Source of the DNA: Pseudomonadota bacterium
Lineage (GTDB): Archaea > Thermoplasmatota > SW-10-69-26 > JACQPN01 > JAJPHT01
DNA: 64,000 nt
Assembly (NCBI GenBank): GCA_021325135.1
Contig: JAJPHT010000015.1
Location: 128,001 to 192,000 of the forward strand
Direction of reading: 5' to 3'
Both the position numbers and the translations under genes were made by a program. Under the pieces are notes generated by a model, which was not told where the DNA came from, searched no databases, and saw nothing but the letters and a program-made list of their open reading frames with translations. Positions 19,020 through 28,424 of the stretch are shown in pieces; within the stretch, counting starts at the first letter, position 1, and each line of letters starts with the position of its first letter.

Positions 19020-19820
19020 TCAGTCCTGCTTGGGGTTCTTGAGGAGCCGGCTGGTGATCTCCACCAGCGGGTGCTGGCCGAAGTCGTTGACCTCGATGTC
19101 GTCCAGCGAGTGCAGGCCGCTGGCGCGGGCGTTGCGCTCCAGGCCAAGCTCCAGGTCCTTGTCCAGCTTGAGGACGTAGGCGTCCAGCTTGTCGATGCCC
19201 ATCTGCCGCGCCGCCATGACGCGGTGGTGGCCGTCCACGAGCACCGGCTGGGGCCGCTTCATGATGACCATGATGGGCTCGGCGAGGCCGCGCTGAAGCT
19301 CGCGCTTGCGGCCCTGCAGCTCGTCTGCGTAGATGCGCTTCTGCGTGGGGAGCAGGTTCGCGATGGGCACCATCTCGCGCTCGATGGCGATCTCGACGCC
19401 GTAGAGCGACTCCAGCGTCTCCTTGAGCTTGAGCATCTTGCGCGGCGTCACGCGCTCGATGTGGCTGCGGATGATGTCGGTGGTGCTGATGATGCCCACC
19501 ATGTTGCCCTCGTCGTCCACGACGGGCAATTCCTTGACGCCCATGCGGAAGAGGATGCGCGCGGCGTCCTCGATGTCCATCTCGGGGTGCGCGACGACGG
19601 TGCCCTGCGCGATGATGTCGCGCACGCGCTTGTGGTGCGCGTCGATGTTGCGGAGAAGCTCCTTGGGCGTGAGGAAGCCCAGCAGGCGCGTGCCCTCGGC
19701 GACGGGCAGGCCGACGTGCCCCTCGCGGACCACCCGCTCCACGGCCTCCTTCACGGTGAGGTCCGGGTGCAGGCTGATGACCGTGCGGGTCATGTAGTCC
19801 TTCACGAGGAGCTTCTTCAC
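19020..19820 (-). CDS. CBS-pair plus ParB/Srx-like domain protein
   Basis: VKDYMTRTV and LPVVDDEGNMVGIISTTDI (CBS); LLPTQ and LVDGHHRV (ParB-like). Confidence 0.9.
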   Translation of the reverse strand: MKKLLVKDYMTRTVISLHPDLTVKEAVERVVREGHVGLPVAEGTRLLGFLTPKELLRNIDAHHKRVRDIIAQGTVVAHPEMDIEDAARILFRMGVKELPVVDDEGNMVGIISTTDIIRSHIERVTPRKMLKLKETLESLYGVEIAIEREMVPIANLLPTQKRIYADELQGRKRELQRGLAEPIMVIMKRPQPVLVDGHHRVMAARQMGIDKLDAYVLKLDKDLELGLERNARASGLHSLDDIEVNDFGQHPLVEITSRLLKNPKQD

Positions 19821-19886
19821 GGGGCGCCATCACGGCGTGCCGCGCATAAGCCTTGCCGGTTGCAGGAGGGTTGGCTCCCTGGTCTT

Positions 19887-19990
19887 GCGGGTCCAAAGAA
19901 CGCGATGAGCGCAAAGAGCGCAAAGGACGCGATGAAAGAAGGCGTGGCGACCTTGGCGCTCTTCGCGCTCATCGCGTTCTTTGGACCCGC
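19887..19990. repeat. 40-bp-arm inverted repeat built of 9-bp subunits
   Basis: Arms 19887-19926 and 19951-19990 are reverse complements with 2 mismatches. Confidence 0.85.
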
Positions 19991-19995
19991 CGACC

Positions 19996-20649
19996 TCAGC
20001 CAAGCATCAGCCGCGCGTTGTCCAAGGACTCCAGAATCGCCGAGCGCGCCCCGCCCTCGATGGCGCCCATGTGGCCCGGGTAGACGTTCACGGGGTCGAG
20101 CGCCGCGAGCCGCTCCAGGGAGCGGAGGAGCGTGCGCGCGTCGCCGCCGGGCAGGTCGACGCGGCCGAAGGAGCCGCCCTCGAACACCACATCGCCGCTG
20201 AAGAGGCTGCGGCTCTCGGGGTCCCAGAGCGCGGTGTGCGCGGGCGAGTGGCCGGGCACGAGGAGCACCTCCAGCGCGCGACGGCCCAGCGTGACGACGT
20301 CCTTCTCGCGCAGCGGCGTCACGGGGTGCGCCTCCATCTCCCCGCCGAAGAGGGCGGCGCCGGTGGCGACGGGGTCGCCGGTCTCCACCGCGAACGCCTC
20401 GTCCTCGTGCATGAGGAGGGGCGCGCCGGTAAGGCGGGCGACGCGCGCCGCGCCGCCGACGTGGTCGACGTGCAGGTGCGTGAGGTACGCCGCGTCCACC
20501 TTCACGCCTGCGAGGGCGCGGCGCAAGGCCGGCTCGAAGGCGGGCCAGTCCATGCCGCTGCTGGCGTCGACGACGAGCGCGCGGTCCCCCTCGCGGGCGA
20601 CGAAGACGTTCACGCCGAAGGGCGCGCTCAGGAGGCGCGTGACCCGCAT
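19996..20649 (-). CDS. MBL-fold metallo-hydrolase (glyoxalase II-like)
   Basis: Motifs THLHVDHVGG, PGHSP, FSGDVVF and YPGH. Confidence 0.92.
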   Translation of the reverse strand: MRVTRLLSAPFGVNVFVAREGDRALVVDASSGMDWPAFEPALRRALAGVKVDAAYLTHLHVDHVGGAARVARLTGAPLLMHEDEAFAVETGDPVATGAALFGGEMEAHPVTPLREKDVVTLGRRALEVLLVPGHSPAHTALWDPESRSLFSGDVVFEGGSFGRVDLPGGDARTLLRSLERLAALDPVNVYPGHMGAIEGGARSAILESLDNARLMLG

Positions 20650-20924
20650 CACGCCGTGCTCCTGATCTCGAAGGACTTGAGCCCTTCCTCCGCCTCGTCC
20701 TTGCGGTCGACGTAGGTCGGGCGCGAGAGGGGCGGCCCGACGCGGCACCACGCGACCATGGCGTCCACTGCCTCGCCGGGGCCCTCGAAAACGGCCTCCA
20801 CGCGCCCGTCGCGAAGGTTGCGCACCCAGCCGCCCACGCCGCGCCGCTGGGCTTCCTGCCGCGTGCCGTCGCGGTAGAACACGCCCTGGACCTTGCCGGA
20901 GACGAAGACGTGCGCCCGCGCCAC
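20649..20924 (-). CDS. acyP: Acylphosphatase
   Basis: Motifs SGKVQGVFYR and GWVRNLRDGRVE. Confidence 0.93.
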   Translation of the reverse strand: MARAHVFVSGKVQGVFYRDGTRQEAQRRGVGGWVRNLRDGRVEAVFEGPGEAVDAMVAWCRVGPPLSRPTYVDRKDEAEEGLKSFEIRSTA

Positions 20925-21007
20925 GCCCCGCGAGCCGGGCCCCGCCGCAAGAGGATTTCCCCCAGGTGGGCGAAGCCTCAAGCGCCATGAGCCCCGAGTG
21001 CGGGACG

Positions 21008-21412
21008 ATGAACGAGGACCTGGAGCTGCAGGCCATCCGCGACCGGCTGCGCGCCGAGATGACGGCGCCCAGGCCCGCCGCGCCCCCGCTGGACCACCCC
21101 GTCGAGGTGACGGACGAAGGGTTCGCGGACCTCGTGCGCGCGCACGACCTCGTCGTGGTCGACGTGTGGGCCGAGTGGTGCGGGCCGTGCCGCATGGTGG
21201 GCCCCATCGTGGACCAGCTGGCGAAGGAGATGGCGGGCCAGGTCGTCTTCGGCAAGCTCGACGCCGACACGAACCCGGCCGTCATGCAGGCCTTCGGCAT
21301 CCAGGGCATCCCCACGCTCCTGGTGTTCCGCCACGGCCGCCTGGTCGACCGCCTGGTCGGCGCCATGCCCAAGGCCAACCTGGCGGCGGCGATCCGGCGC
21401 CATGCCGGGTGA
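21008..21412 (+). CDS. trxA: Thioredoxin
   Basis: WAEWCGPCR active site, IQGIPT, and archaeal-type N-terminus DLELQAIR. Confidence 0.93.
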   Translation: MNEDLELQAIRDRLRAEMTAPRPAAPPLDHPVEVTDEGFADLVRAHDLVVVDVWAEWCGPCRMVGPIVDQLAKEMAGQVVFGKLDADTNPAVMQAFGIQGIPTLLVFRHGRLVDRLVGAMPKANLAAAIRRHAG

Positions 21413-21460
21413 GGAAGCGGCCAGAAGCGATTTCCCCGCGTTGGCGCGCGAGAAAGGAGC

Positions 21461-22168
21461 ATGGACGAGCCACGCAGCGATCGATACACCGCCTCGGACG
21501 TCATGCGGGCCACCGAGCCCGTCGTCGCGCCCGTCGCTCCCGAGAACGACGTCCCCGTCACCGAGGGGGAGCCCGGCGCGCCCGTCTACGAGCGCACGCG
21601 CGTCGAGCGGTTCGACGAGGACCGCGGATTCTCCTTCCTGGACAGCTTCCTGGGCTGGAACGTCGCCGCCTTCTGGATGCTGGTGCTCACGGGCATCGCG
21701 CTGGCGATCCTGGGCGCCGCGGCCTACAGCTCCGGGGCCACGGCCGCCAACGGGGTCTTCACCATCCCCAACCTCCAGGGGCTCACCATCGCCGGCATCG
21801 TCGGCCTCTTCGTCGCGCAGTTCCTGGCCTACCTCATCGGGGGCTACGCCGCGGGCCGCATGGCGCGGGGCTCCGGCGTCGCCAACGGCACGGGCGTCGC
21901 CGTGTGGGGCGTCGTCATCGCGCTCCTCGTGGGCGCGCTGGTCTACGGCCTGGGCACGCAGTACGACCTGGGCTACTGGGCGAGCTTCTACGGCGTCAGC
22001 TTCGCCAACTGGACGGGGCAGGTCGTCCTCGTCCTCGCGCTGACCCTCGTCGCCATGTTCCTGGGCGCCATCCTGGGCGGCATGCTGGGCGCGCGCCCCT
22101 ACGAGCGCGCCTACGTCGAGGGCGTCGAGCGCCGCCGCGGCGTGTACCGCCGCGGGCGGCCGCTCTGA
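21461..22168 (+). CDS. Four-TM membrane protein
   Basis: GGYAAGRMA and GAILGGMLG TM motifs; AAGGAG SD. Confidence 0.8.
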   Translation: MDEPRSDRYTASDVMRATEPVVAPVAPENDVPVTEGEPGAPVYERTRVERFDEDRGFSFLDSFLGWNVAAFWMLVLTGIALAILGAAAYSSGATAANGVFTIPNLQGLTIAGIVGLFVAQFLAYLIGGYAAGRMARGSGVANGTGVAVWGVVIALLVGALVYGLGTQYDLGYWASFYGVSFANWTGQVVLVLALTLVAMFLGAILGGMLGARPYERAYVEGVERRRGVYRRGRPL

Positions 22169-22292
22169 GGCGGGCCGAGTTCCACTTCGGCAGCTTCAAG
22201 AGTCGCGGCGCCTCCTGGGCGAAGCGGGATTGCACGCCGCATCGCTGGCGCCTCAGCCTGCGGCCCGTCACGCTCACCGGAGGGATCGCCCC

Positions 22293-23492
22293 TTGAAGTC
22301 CTTGATCCAAGACGCCATCGCGCGGGCCAACCAGGAGACCCGCGTGCCTCTTGCTCCCGCCGCCGCTGCCGCGCCCGTCTACCGCCCGCCCGCGCCCGCC
22401 GCGGCGCCGCAGGAGGCGAAGCCCACCACCGGCACGACGGACGACGAGCTGGCCGCGATGCTGGGCGGCCTCAACACCAAGATCAAGGTGCTCGGGTGCG
22501 GCGGAGGCGGCAGCAACACCATCGTGCGCCTCATGCAGGCGAGCCTCGAAGGGTGCGACCTCGTCGCGGTGAACACCGACGCGCAGCACCTCCTCAACAT
22601 CAAGGTCCCCACGAAGGTCCTCATCGGCAAGGCCACGACGCGCGGGCTGGGCGCGGGCGCCCTGCCGCAGATCGGCGAGAAGAGCGCGCTGGAGGCCGAG
22701 CAGGAGATCCGCAAGCAGATCGACGGCGCGGACATGGTCTTCATCACCGCCGGCATGGGCGGCGGCACCGGCACGGGCTCGGCGCCCGTCGTCGCGAAGA
22801 TCGCCAAGGACCTGGGCGCCCTCACCATCGCGGTCGTCACGATGCCCTTCAAGGTGGAGGGCGCGGTGCGCATGGAGAACGCCGAGGCGGGCCTCGCGCG
22901 CCTGCGCGAGTGCGCGGACACCACCATCGTCATCCCCAACGACAAGCTCCTGGAGATCGCGCCCAACCTGCCCCTGCAGGCGGCGTTCCGCGTCGCGGAC
23001 GAGATTCTCATCCGCAGCATCCGCGGCCTGACCGAGATGATCACGAAGCCGGGCCTCGTGAACCTCGACTTCGCGGACCTCAACACCATCATGAAGAAGG
23101 GCGGCGTCGCCATGATCGGCCTGGGCGAGAGCGACACCGAGTCGCGCGCCCGCGCCGCCGTGGACGAGGCGCTCTCCTCGCCCCTGCTCGACGTCGACAT
23201 CAGCCACGCCAGCGGCTGCCTCGTGGAGGTCGTGGGCGGCAACGACATGACCCTCGCCGAGGCGCAGGAGGTCGTGCAGACCGTCCACGAGCGCGTGGGC
23301 CCCGACTGCCGCATCATCTGGGGCGCCAGCGTGAACCCCGCGCAGGGGCGCACCATCCGCGTCATGCTCGTCGTGACCGGCGTCAAGAGCAAGCAGATCT
23401 ACGGCCTGACGCCCAGCGCGCCCAAGCTTGTCAAGGACCCGCGCACCGTGCGCAAGCCGGGCGAGATGCAGGACGTCGACTTCGTGATCTAA
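22293..23492 (+). CDS. ftsZ: Cell division protein FtsZ (FtsZ1 type)
   Basis: Motifs GCGGGGSN, GMGGGTGTG and NLDFAD; TTG start after GGAGGG. Confidence 0.96.
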   Translation: MKSLIQDAIARANQETRVPLAPAAAAAPVYRPPAPAAAPQEAKPTTGTTDDELAAMLGGLNTKIKVLGCGGGGSNTIVRLMQASLEGCDLVAVNTDAQHLLNIKVPTKVLIGKATTRGLGAGALPQIGEKSALEAEQEIRKQIDGADMVFITAGMGGGTGTGSAPVVAKIAKDLGALTIAVVTMPFKVEGAVRMENAEAGLARLRECADTTIVIPNDKLLEIAPNLPLQAAFRVADEILIRSIRGLTEMITKPGLVNLDFADLNTIMKKGGVAMIGLGESDTESRARAAVDEALSSPLLDVDISHASGCLVEVVGGNDMTLAEAQEVVQTVHERVGPDCRIIWGASVNPAQGRTIRVMLVVTGVKSKQIYGLTPSAPKLVKDPRTVRKPGEMQDVDFVI

Positions 23493-23510
23493 AATTCAGA
23501 CGTTCGTCGC

Positions 23511-23611
23511 GCGCGCAAAATGGGGGGTTTCAGGGGGCGAAGCCCCCTGACGTGTTGATCGTTGGATCAGAGAGACGGACACGTCATGGGGGCTCGCCCC
23601 CCTGCGCTCCC
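23511..23611. repeat. Palindromic REP/MITE-like element, copy 2 (more diverged)
   Basis: GGGGGGTTTCAGGGGGCGAAGCCCCCTGACGTG...CACGTCATGGGGGCTCGCCCCCCTG, between convergent genes. Confidence 0.8.
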
Positions 23612-23612
23612 C

Positions 23613-25016
23613 TTAGCCAAACGTCGGCCCATCCGTCTGCACGGCGTAGACCGCCGGCGCCAGGGGGATGTACGCGAAGGGGCCGAGCACGGGCAGCGGC
23701 GTCGTGAGGATGCCGTAGTCCGAGGGCCCGGTCTGGTAGTCCGAGGCGTACACGTAGGCCAGCCGGCCCGTGGTCGGGTCGACGCGCACGGTCACGAAGT
23801 CGAACAGGCTGCGGCCCAGGTCGCCCTGGTGGACCGGCGCGGGGTCCGCGTCCATCACGGAGAACGCGGGCGTCGCGGAGGTCGCGTCCAGGGAGTACGC
23901 GAGGCGCGCGTAGTAGAGCGCGTCGTCCGAGGCGCTTCCGGTGCGGTGGCTGGCGGCGGCGTCGGTGCCGTAGTAGGCGATGGCCACCTTGCCGGGTGCC
24001 CCCGCGACGATCCACACCTCGTGGGCGTCCCCTTGCGGCGAGGCGCTGACCTCCAGGGGTGCGAGCCAGGTCTGCCCGCCGTCGAGGCTGCGGCTGAACC
24101 AGATGTCCGCGCCCGAGCCGTCGGCGCGCGACTCGGACCACGCGACGTACAGGTTGCCCGCGCTGTCGGTGGCGAGGGCCGGGAAGTGGTTGTTGACCGG
24201 GCCGGGGACCTGCGCGACGAGGCTGGAGGTCCACGTCAGGCCGCCGTCCACGGACTTGGCGACCATGATGCGCGCGGGCGTGTTGAACAGCGGGACGAGC
24301 GTGTTCGTCGGGTCGTCGAGGCCCGTGCGGAACATGGGGTACACCATGTAGACCTCGTGGCTCGCGCCCAGGGCGAGGTTGCCCTCGATGCCCACGTGCC
24401 AGAGCCCGTCGGACGAGACGCGGGGCAGCGCAAGGCTCACGAAGGGGAACGTGACGCCCCCGTCGGTGCTCTTGACCACGTAGACGCCGGACTCCAGCTG
24501 CTGGAAGGCGAGGTACACGGTGTCCCCGTCGGCCTCCATCCACTGGCGGTCCACCACCGGGACGGCGCCGCCCACAGGGTTCGTGACGAGGAAGCTCTCG
24601 CCGCGGTCCATGGAGGTGGAGACGCTGACCTCGCCGGCCCACAGGTCGGCGTACACGACGTTGCCGTTGGCGGGGAGCGCCAGCTCGGAGTCGCCCGAGC
24701 CCACCCCCGCGCCGCGCAGGTAGAGCGGCAGGCCCATGTCCTTGAGCTGGAAGGTGCGCCCGTGGTCGTCGCTGCGCCAGAGCAGGCCCGACTTGCACGC
24801 GCTGTTGTCAAGCCCGCAGGGCGCGGCCACGTACACCGTGCCGTCGGGCGCGATGCGCAGGCTGGGCTCCGTCCCGCTGCGCGTCGGGTCCACGACGGTC
24901 CGCTGGCCGAAGACCGGCGCGGACGGGGCGCCCACGCCCGTGGCGGGGCCCAGGAAGAGCACCGCGACCAGCGTCGCGGCGAGGACGATCGGGATGGCAC
25001 GGGGGATGGCACGCAC
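23613..25016 (-). CDS. Secreted BNR/Asp-box beta-propeller (sialidase-like) protein
   Basis: Repeated Asp-boxes SDDHGRTF, SMDRGESF, STDGGVTF, SVDGGLTW and SLDGGQTW; signal peptide. Confidence 0.85.
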   Translation of the reverse strand: MRAIPRAIPIVLAATLVAVLFLGPATGVGAPSAPVFGQRTVVDPTRSGTEPSLRIAPDGTVYVAAPCGLDNSACKSGLLWRSDDHGRTFQLKDMGLPLYLRGAGVGSGDSELALPANGNVVYADLWAGEVSVSTSMDRGESFLVTNPVGGAVPVVDRQWMEADGDTVYLAFQQLESGVYVVKSTDGGVTFPFVSLALPRVSSDGLWHVGIEGNLALGASHEVYMVYPMFRTGLDDPTNTLVPLFNTPARIMVAKSVDGGLTWTSSLVAQVPGPVNNHFPALATDSAGNLYVAWSESRADGSGADIWFSRSLDGGQTWLAPLEVSASPQGDAHEVWIVAGAPGKVAIAYYGTDAAASHRTGSASDDALYYARLAYSLDATSATPAFSVMDADPAPVHQGDLGRSLFDFVTVRVDPTTGRLAYVYASDYQTGPSDYGILTTPLPVLGPFAYIPLAPAVYAVQTDGPTFG

Positions 25017-25130
25017 TCCGCTCACTCCGGGCCGCGCAGCGGCGAGCCGCCAGAAGCCGCTTCTGCGCAGAGCGTATGCCGGGCGCGCGTTCCCCAAGGT
25101 TCAAGCCCCGGCGGGGCAGATGGGCTGTCG

Positions 25131-25220
25131 ATGTGCGCCACCGAGTCCGAGTGCTCCTGCGACTGCTCCACCTTCTTCGGCCGCGACGGGAAGCGCCGCG
25201 GCAACAGCGACCTCTTCTGA
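25131..25220 (+). CDS. Small Cys-rich ORF, 29 aa (MCATESECSCDCSTFFGRDGKRRGNSDLF)
   Basis: TTCAAG box about 31 nt upstream (leaderless spacing); all codons end in G/C. Confidence 0.55.
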   Translation: MCATESECSCDCSTFFGRDGKRRGNSDLF

Positions 25221-25226
25221 GCCCCG

Positions 25227-25589
25227 TCACGGGAGCTTGAAGTGCGGGTTCTCGATGAGCCCGATCACGTTCCCGAAGGGGTCCTTCACGGTGGCGACGC
25301 GGATGCCGCCGCCCACGTCCTGCACGTCCCCCTCGGGGGCGGCGCCCGCCGCGAGGGCGGCCCGGTGCGCCGCGACGACGTCCTTCACGCCCCAGTAGGC
25401 GACGGGGCCCTCACCGCGCGTCACGCCCTCCACGTCGGGGTCGAGGCCAAGCTCGTACCCCCCGACGTTGAAGCCCACGTAGAAGGGCTCGTCGAAGTAG
25501 GGCTGGATGCCGAACGTCCTGGAGTACCAGGCCTTCGCCCGGGCGAGGTCCTCGACGGGGTAGATCACGGTGCGGAGCCCTTGGAGCAC
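25227..25589 (-). CDS. VOC/glyoxalase family protein
   Basis: LRTVIYPVEDLARAKAWY and DVGGGIRVATVKDPFGNVIGL. Confidence 0.9.
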   Translation of the reverse strand: MLQGLRTVIYPVEDLARAKAWYSRTFGIQPYFDEPFYVGFNVGGYELGLDPDVEGVTRGEGPVAYWGVKDVVAAHRAALAAGAAPEGDVQDVGGGIRVATVKDPFGNVIGLIENPHFKLP

Positions 25590-25662
25590 GGAGTCGCCTC
25601 GGGCGCCATGACCCAACGCGCGGTGCATGATCCCTTGGTCGGGCGGGCCGAAGGTGGACCCG

Positions 25663-26049
25663 TCACGCCCCTCCGCGGGCCGGCTGAAGGAGGGTGAAGC
25701 GGTTGCCGTCCGGGTCCTGGAACGACGCCAGGATGCCGAAGGGCGTCTCCACGGGGGCGGGCCCGCGGAACTCGACGCCGCGCGCCTTGAGCGTCTCGAC
25801 CTCGCCGCGGCAGTCGCTCGTGGTGAGCGTCATCTGGTGGCCCTCCTCCCCGCGCGGGTCGAGGAGGTACTCGCCCTTGATCAGGGCGAACTCCACCTCC
25901 GCGCCGGGCGGCGCCACGGTGAGCCAGCGCGGGCGCCCCTTCTGCCCGTAGTCCTGGCGCTTCTCGAAGCCGAGCTTGCCCACGTAGAAGTCGAGGGCCT
26001 TGTCCTGGTCGCGCACGAGGAGGGGGACGTGGGTGGTCTTCTCGATCAT
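25663..26049 (-). CDS. VOC/glyoxalase family protein
   Basis: VRDQDKALDFYVGKLGF and FQDPDGN. Confidence 0.9.
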   Translation of the reverse strand: MIEKTTHVPLLVRDQDKALDFYVGKLGFEKRQDYGQKGRPRWLTVAPPGAEVEFALIKGEYLLDPRGEEGHQMTLTTSDCRGEVETLKARGVEFRGPAPVETPFGILASFQDPDGNRFTLLQPARGGA

Positions 26050-26053
26050 GATA

Positions 26054-26500
26054 TCACTTCTTCCTGGCGAAGGCCTTGACCATCATCTTGCCGATCCAGC
26101 TCTGCTGCACGATCGCCCACGCGTTGCCGTCGGGGTCGCGGAAGTAGGCGGACGTGCCCCACGGCGCGCGCTGGGGCGTCTCGTAGCCGGGGATGTCGAA
26201 GCGCACGCCGCGCGCCTTCATCGCCTCGTAGTCGGCGCGGCAGTCCGTGGACGAGAGCGCGACCTGGAGGCCCGCGGTGCCGGCCTTGGGGTCCTGGTCG
26301 CCCTCGACGCGCGTCCGTTGCTTGCCCACGATCAGCGCGAACTCGACGTCGCTCCCCTTGGGCGCGACGGTGACCCACCGCGCCCCGGTGGGGCCCTTGC
26401 GATCCGCGCGCTTCTCGAAGCCGACCTTCGCCGTGTAGAACTCCAGCGCCCGGTCCTGGTCGCTGACGACCAGCGGGACGTGGGTGAGCCGCGCGTTCAT
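26054..26500 (-). CDS. VOC/glyoxalase family protein
   Basis: VSDQDRALEFYTAKVGF and PWGTSAYFRDPDGN. Confidence 0.9.
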   Translation of the reverse strand: MNARLTHVPLVVSDQDRALEFYTAKVGFEKRADRKGPTGARWVTVAPKGSDVEFALIVGKQRTRVEGDQDPKAGTAGLQVALSSTDCRADYEAMKARGVRFDIPGYETPQRAPWGTSAYFRDPDGNAWAIVQQSWIGKMMVKAFARKK

Positions 26501-26922
26501 CCGCCCACCGCCTTCTTCACGAGCGCGGCGATCTTCTTCTCCTCCGCGTCGCCGATCCTGAGGAGGGCGAAGGACGTGACCCACATCGCGCCGTCGTCGA
26601 GCTTGGCCGCGGTGTTGAACCCCAGCGTCGCGTACCGCTCCTTGAACTTCGACGCGGCCTTGAAGAAGCAGACGACGCCCTCCTTGCTGGCGTAGGCGGG
26701 GAAGCCGTACCACGTCTTCGGCGCGAGGCTGGGCGCGTTCTCCTTCACGATGGCGTGGACGCGCTCCGCCAACGCGCGGTCGGCGGGCGGCATCGCGGCG
26801 ATGGCGGCGAGGACGGCCGCTTCGCCTTCGCCCTTGCCCGCGCGCTCCGCCAGCATCTCCTTCATCGCCGCCTTCTCCTCGGTGGAGAGGCCCTTCGCCT
26901 TGGCCGTCTTCGCCTTAGCCAT
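26497..26922 (-). CDS. DUF1801 (YdhG-like) protein
   Basis: APSLAPKTWYGFPAYA, KFKERYATLGF and LDDGAMW. Confidence 0.88.
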   Translation of the reverse strand: MAKAKTAKAKGLSTEEKAAMKEMLAERAGKGEGEAAVLAAIAAMPPADRALAERVHAIVKENAPSLAPKTWYGFPAYASKEGVVCFFKAASKFKERYATLGFNTAAKLDDGAMWVTSFALLRIGDAEEKKIAALVKKAVGG

Positions 26923-27382
26923 GGCGGATCGCCTCGAAGAGCTGGTCCCACGCGGCCTTGGCCCCGGCGGCCGCGCCGTACTGGAGCATCGCGTCGCGCG
27001 CCTCCTTGGAGGGGCACAGGTTCGTGAGCACGAGGCGCGTCACGCCGTCGCGCTCGGTCAAATCCACGGTGGCGCGGATCTCGCCCGGCTGCCCCTCGGT
27101 CGCGAAGGTGTAGACGAGGCGCGTCACGGGCTTCACCTCCAGGTAGGTGCCGTGGAACGTCACCTCGTGCCCGTTGGGCGCGCGCTGCACGTAGCGGTAC
27201 TTCCCTCCGACGCGCACGTCCATCGCGTCCACGCGCAGGGAGCCCCCTTTGGGGGCCCACCATCGGGGCACGAGCTTGGGGTCCGTGTACGCGGCGAACA
27301 CCTTCGCGGCGGGCGCCTGGAAGGTGTGCTCAAGGACGAACTCGCGGTCGGAGATCGTGCGTGCGCTGGCTTGGGAATCCAT
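26915..27382 (-). CDS. SRPBCC/AHSA1 domain protein
   Basis: FQAPAAKVFAAYTDP..WW, MDVRVGGKYRY and GTYLEV.P..RLVYT. Confidence 0.9.
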   Translation of the reverse strand: MDSQASARTISDREFVLEHTFQAPAAKVFAAYTDPKLVPRWWAPKGGSLRVDAMDVRVGGKYRYVQRAPNGHEVTFHGTYLEVKPVTRLVYTFATEGQPGEIRATVDLTERDGVTRLVLTNLCPSKEARDAMLQYGAAAGAKAAWDQLFEAIRHG

Positions 27383-27386
27383 GGTG

Positions 27387-27707
27387 TCACTTCCTCTTGT
27401 TCGGCTCTTCCTCGACGAGCTGGGCGAGCCGGCGCAGCCGCGCGAGCTGGTCCGACGCGTACCGCTGCATCCAGGCGTCGAGCTTCAGGAACGGCTCGGG
27501 GCGCAGCGAGTAGAGCCGGCGCTGCCCCTCGGCGCGGACCGAGACGAAGCCCGCCTCGTGCAGGATGCGCAGGTGGCGCGACACGCCGGGCTGGTGGATG
27601 TCCACCTCCGCCGCCATCTCGCTCACCGAGCGCTCGCCCTCGCCCAGAAGCTCCACGAGCCGCCGGCGCGTCGGGTCCGCGAGCGCCGCGAAGACGTCCG
27701 CTGCCAC
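27387..27707 (-). CDS. ArsR/SmtB family regulator
   Basis: VFAALADPTRR, QPGVSRHLRIL.EAG.V and GQRRLYSL. Confidence 0.92.
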   Translation of the reverse strand: MAADVFAALADPTRRRLVELLGEGERSVSEMAAEVDIHQPGVSRHLRILHEAGFVSVRAEGQRRLYSLRPEPFLKLDAWMQRYASDQLARLRRLAQLVEEEPNKRK

Positions 27708-27714
27708 GCGACAT

Positions 27715-27750
27715 CCATACGCTTCCGTGTATATACACGTTGGCGTATGG
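27715..27750. promoter_or_regulatory. Palindromic operator/promoter of the ArsR operon
   Basis: CCATACGC-ttc-CGTGTATATACACG-ttg-GCGTATGG inverted repeat immediately upstream of the arsR-like gene. Confidence 0.75.
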
Positions 27751-27860
27751 CGCTCCGGGGGCGGACCCAGCCTCCGGCACCTACAAATATGGGCAGCCCG
27801 GTCCCCGGCTCAATTCTCCCTTAGGGTCGCCCATCTCGGGCGCCCGAGGACGTGGCCCGC

Positions 27861-28367
27861 ATGGCGAAGGCGAAGAGCAACCCCGACGACCTCCCGACCG
27901 TGACGATCACCGACGAGATGAAGTCGGGGATCTACGCGCTCAAGACCACCATCAACCAGGAGAAGGCCGTGGGCGACATGCTGGCCCACAAGGCCAAGAA
28001 GCACAAGGTGGGCGTCGTCGCCGTCCTCTCGCCCCCCGAGCTTCGCGGCTACGTCCTCATCGAGGCCTACGACCGCGACGCGCTGGAGAAGCTCATCAAG
28101 GGCGTCCCCCACGCCCGCGGCCTCGTGGCCGGCGAGACGGCCCTCAGCGAGGTCGAGCACTTCCTCACGCCCAAGCCCGCCGTGGCCGGCATCGCGGAGG
28201 GCGACATCGTGGAGCTGGTCGCCGGGCCCTTCAAGGGCGAGCGCGCCCGCGTGCAGCGCATCGACCAGGCCAAGGAGGAGATCACCGTGGAGCTCTTCGA
28301 GGCCATGGTCCCCATCCCGGTCACCGTCCGCGGGGACAACGTGCGGGTGCTGCAGAAGAAGGCGTGA
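27861..28367 (+). CDS. spt5: Transcription elongation factor Spt5 (archaeal NusG)
   Basis: [23 protein letters not shown] motif [14 protein letters not shown], and VPIPVTV. Confidence 0.95.
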   Translation: MAKAKSNPDDLPTVTITDEMKSGIYALKTTINQEKAVGDMLAHKAKKHKVGVVAVLSPPELRGYVLIEAYDRDALEKLIKGVPHARGLVAGETALSEVEHFLTPKPAVAGIAEGDIVELVAGPFKGERARVQRIDQAKEEITVELFEAMVPIPVTVRGDNVRVLQKKA

Positions 28368-28424
28368 GCGCGTTCGCGTCGCCCGTGGAGAAAGACCAAA
28401 TGGGTCCCTCCCGCTAACACCTCG

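Noticed and set aside
19020-19820. Chromosome partition system
   Set aside because: CBS-ParB fusions are a known archaeal family, and no ParA or parS is seen nearby.
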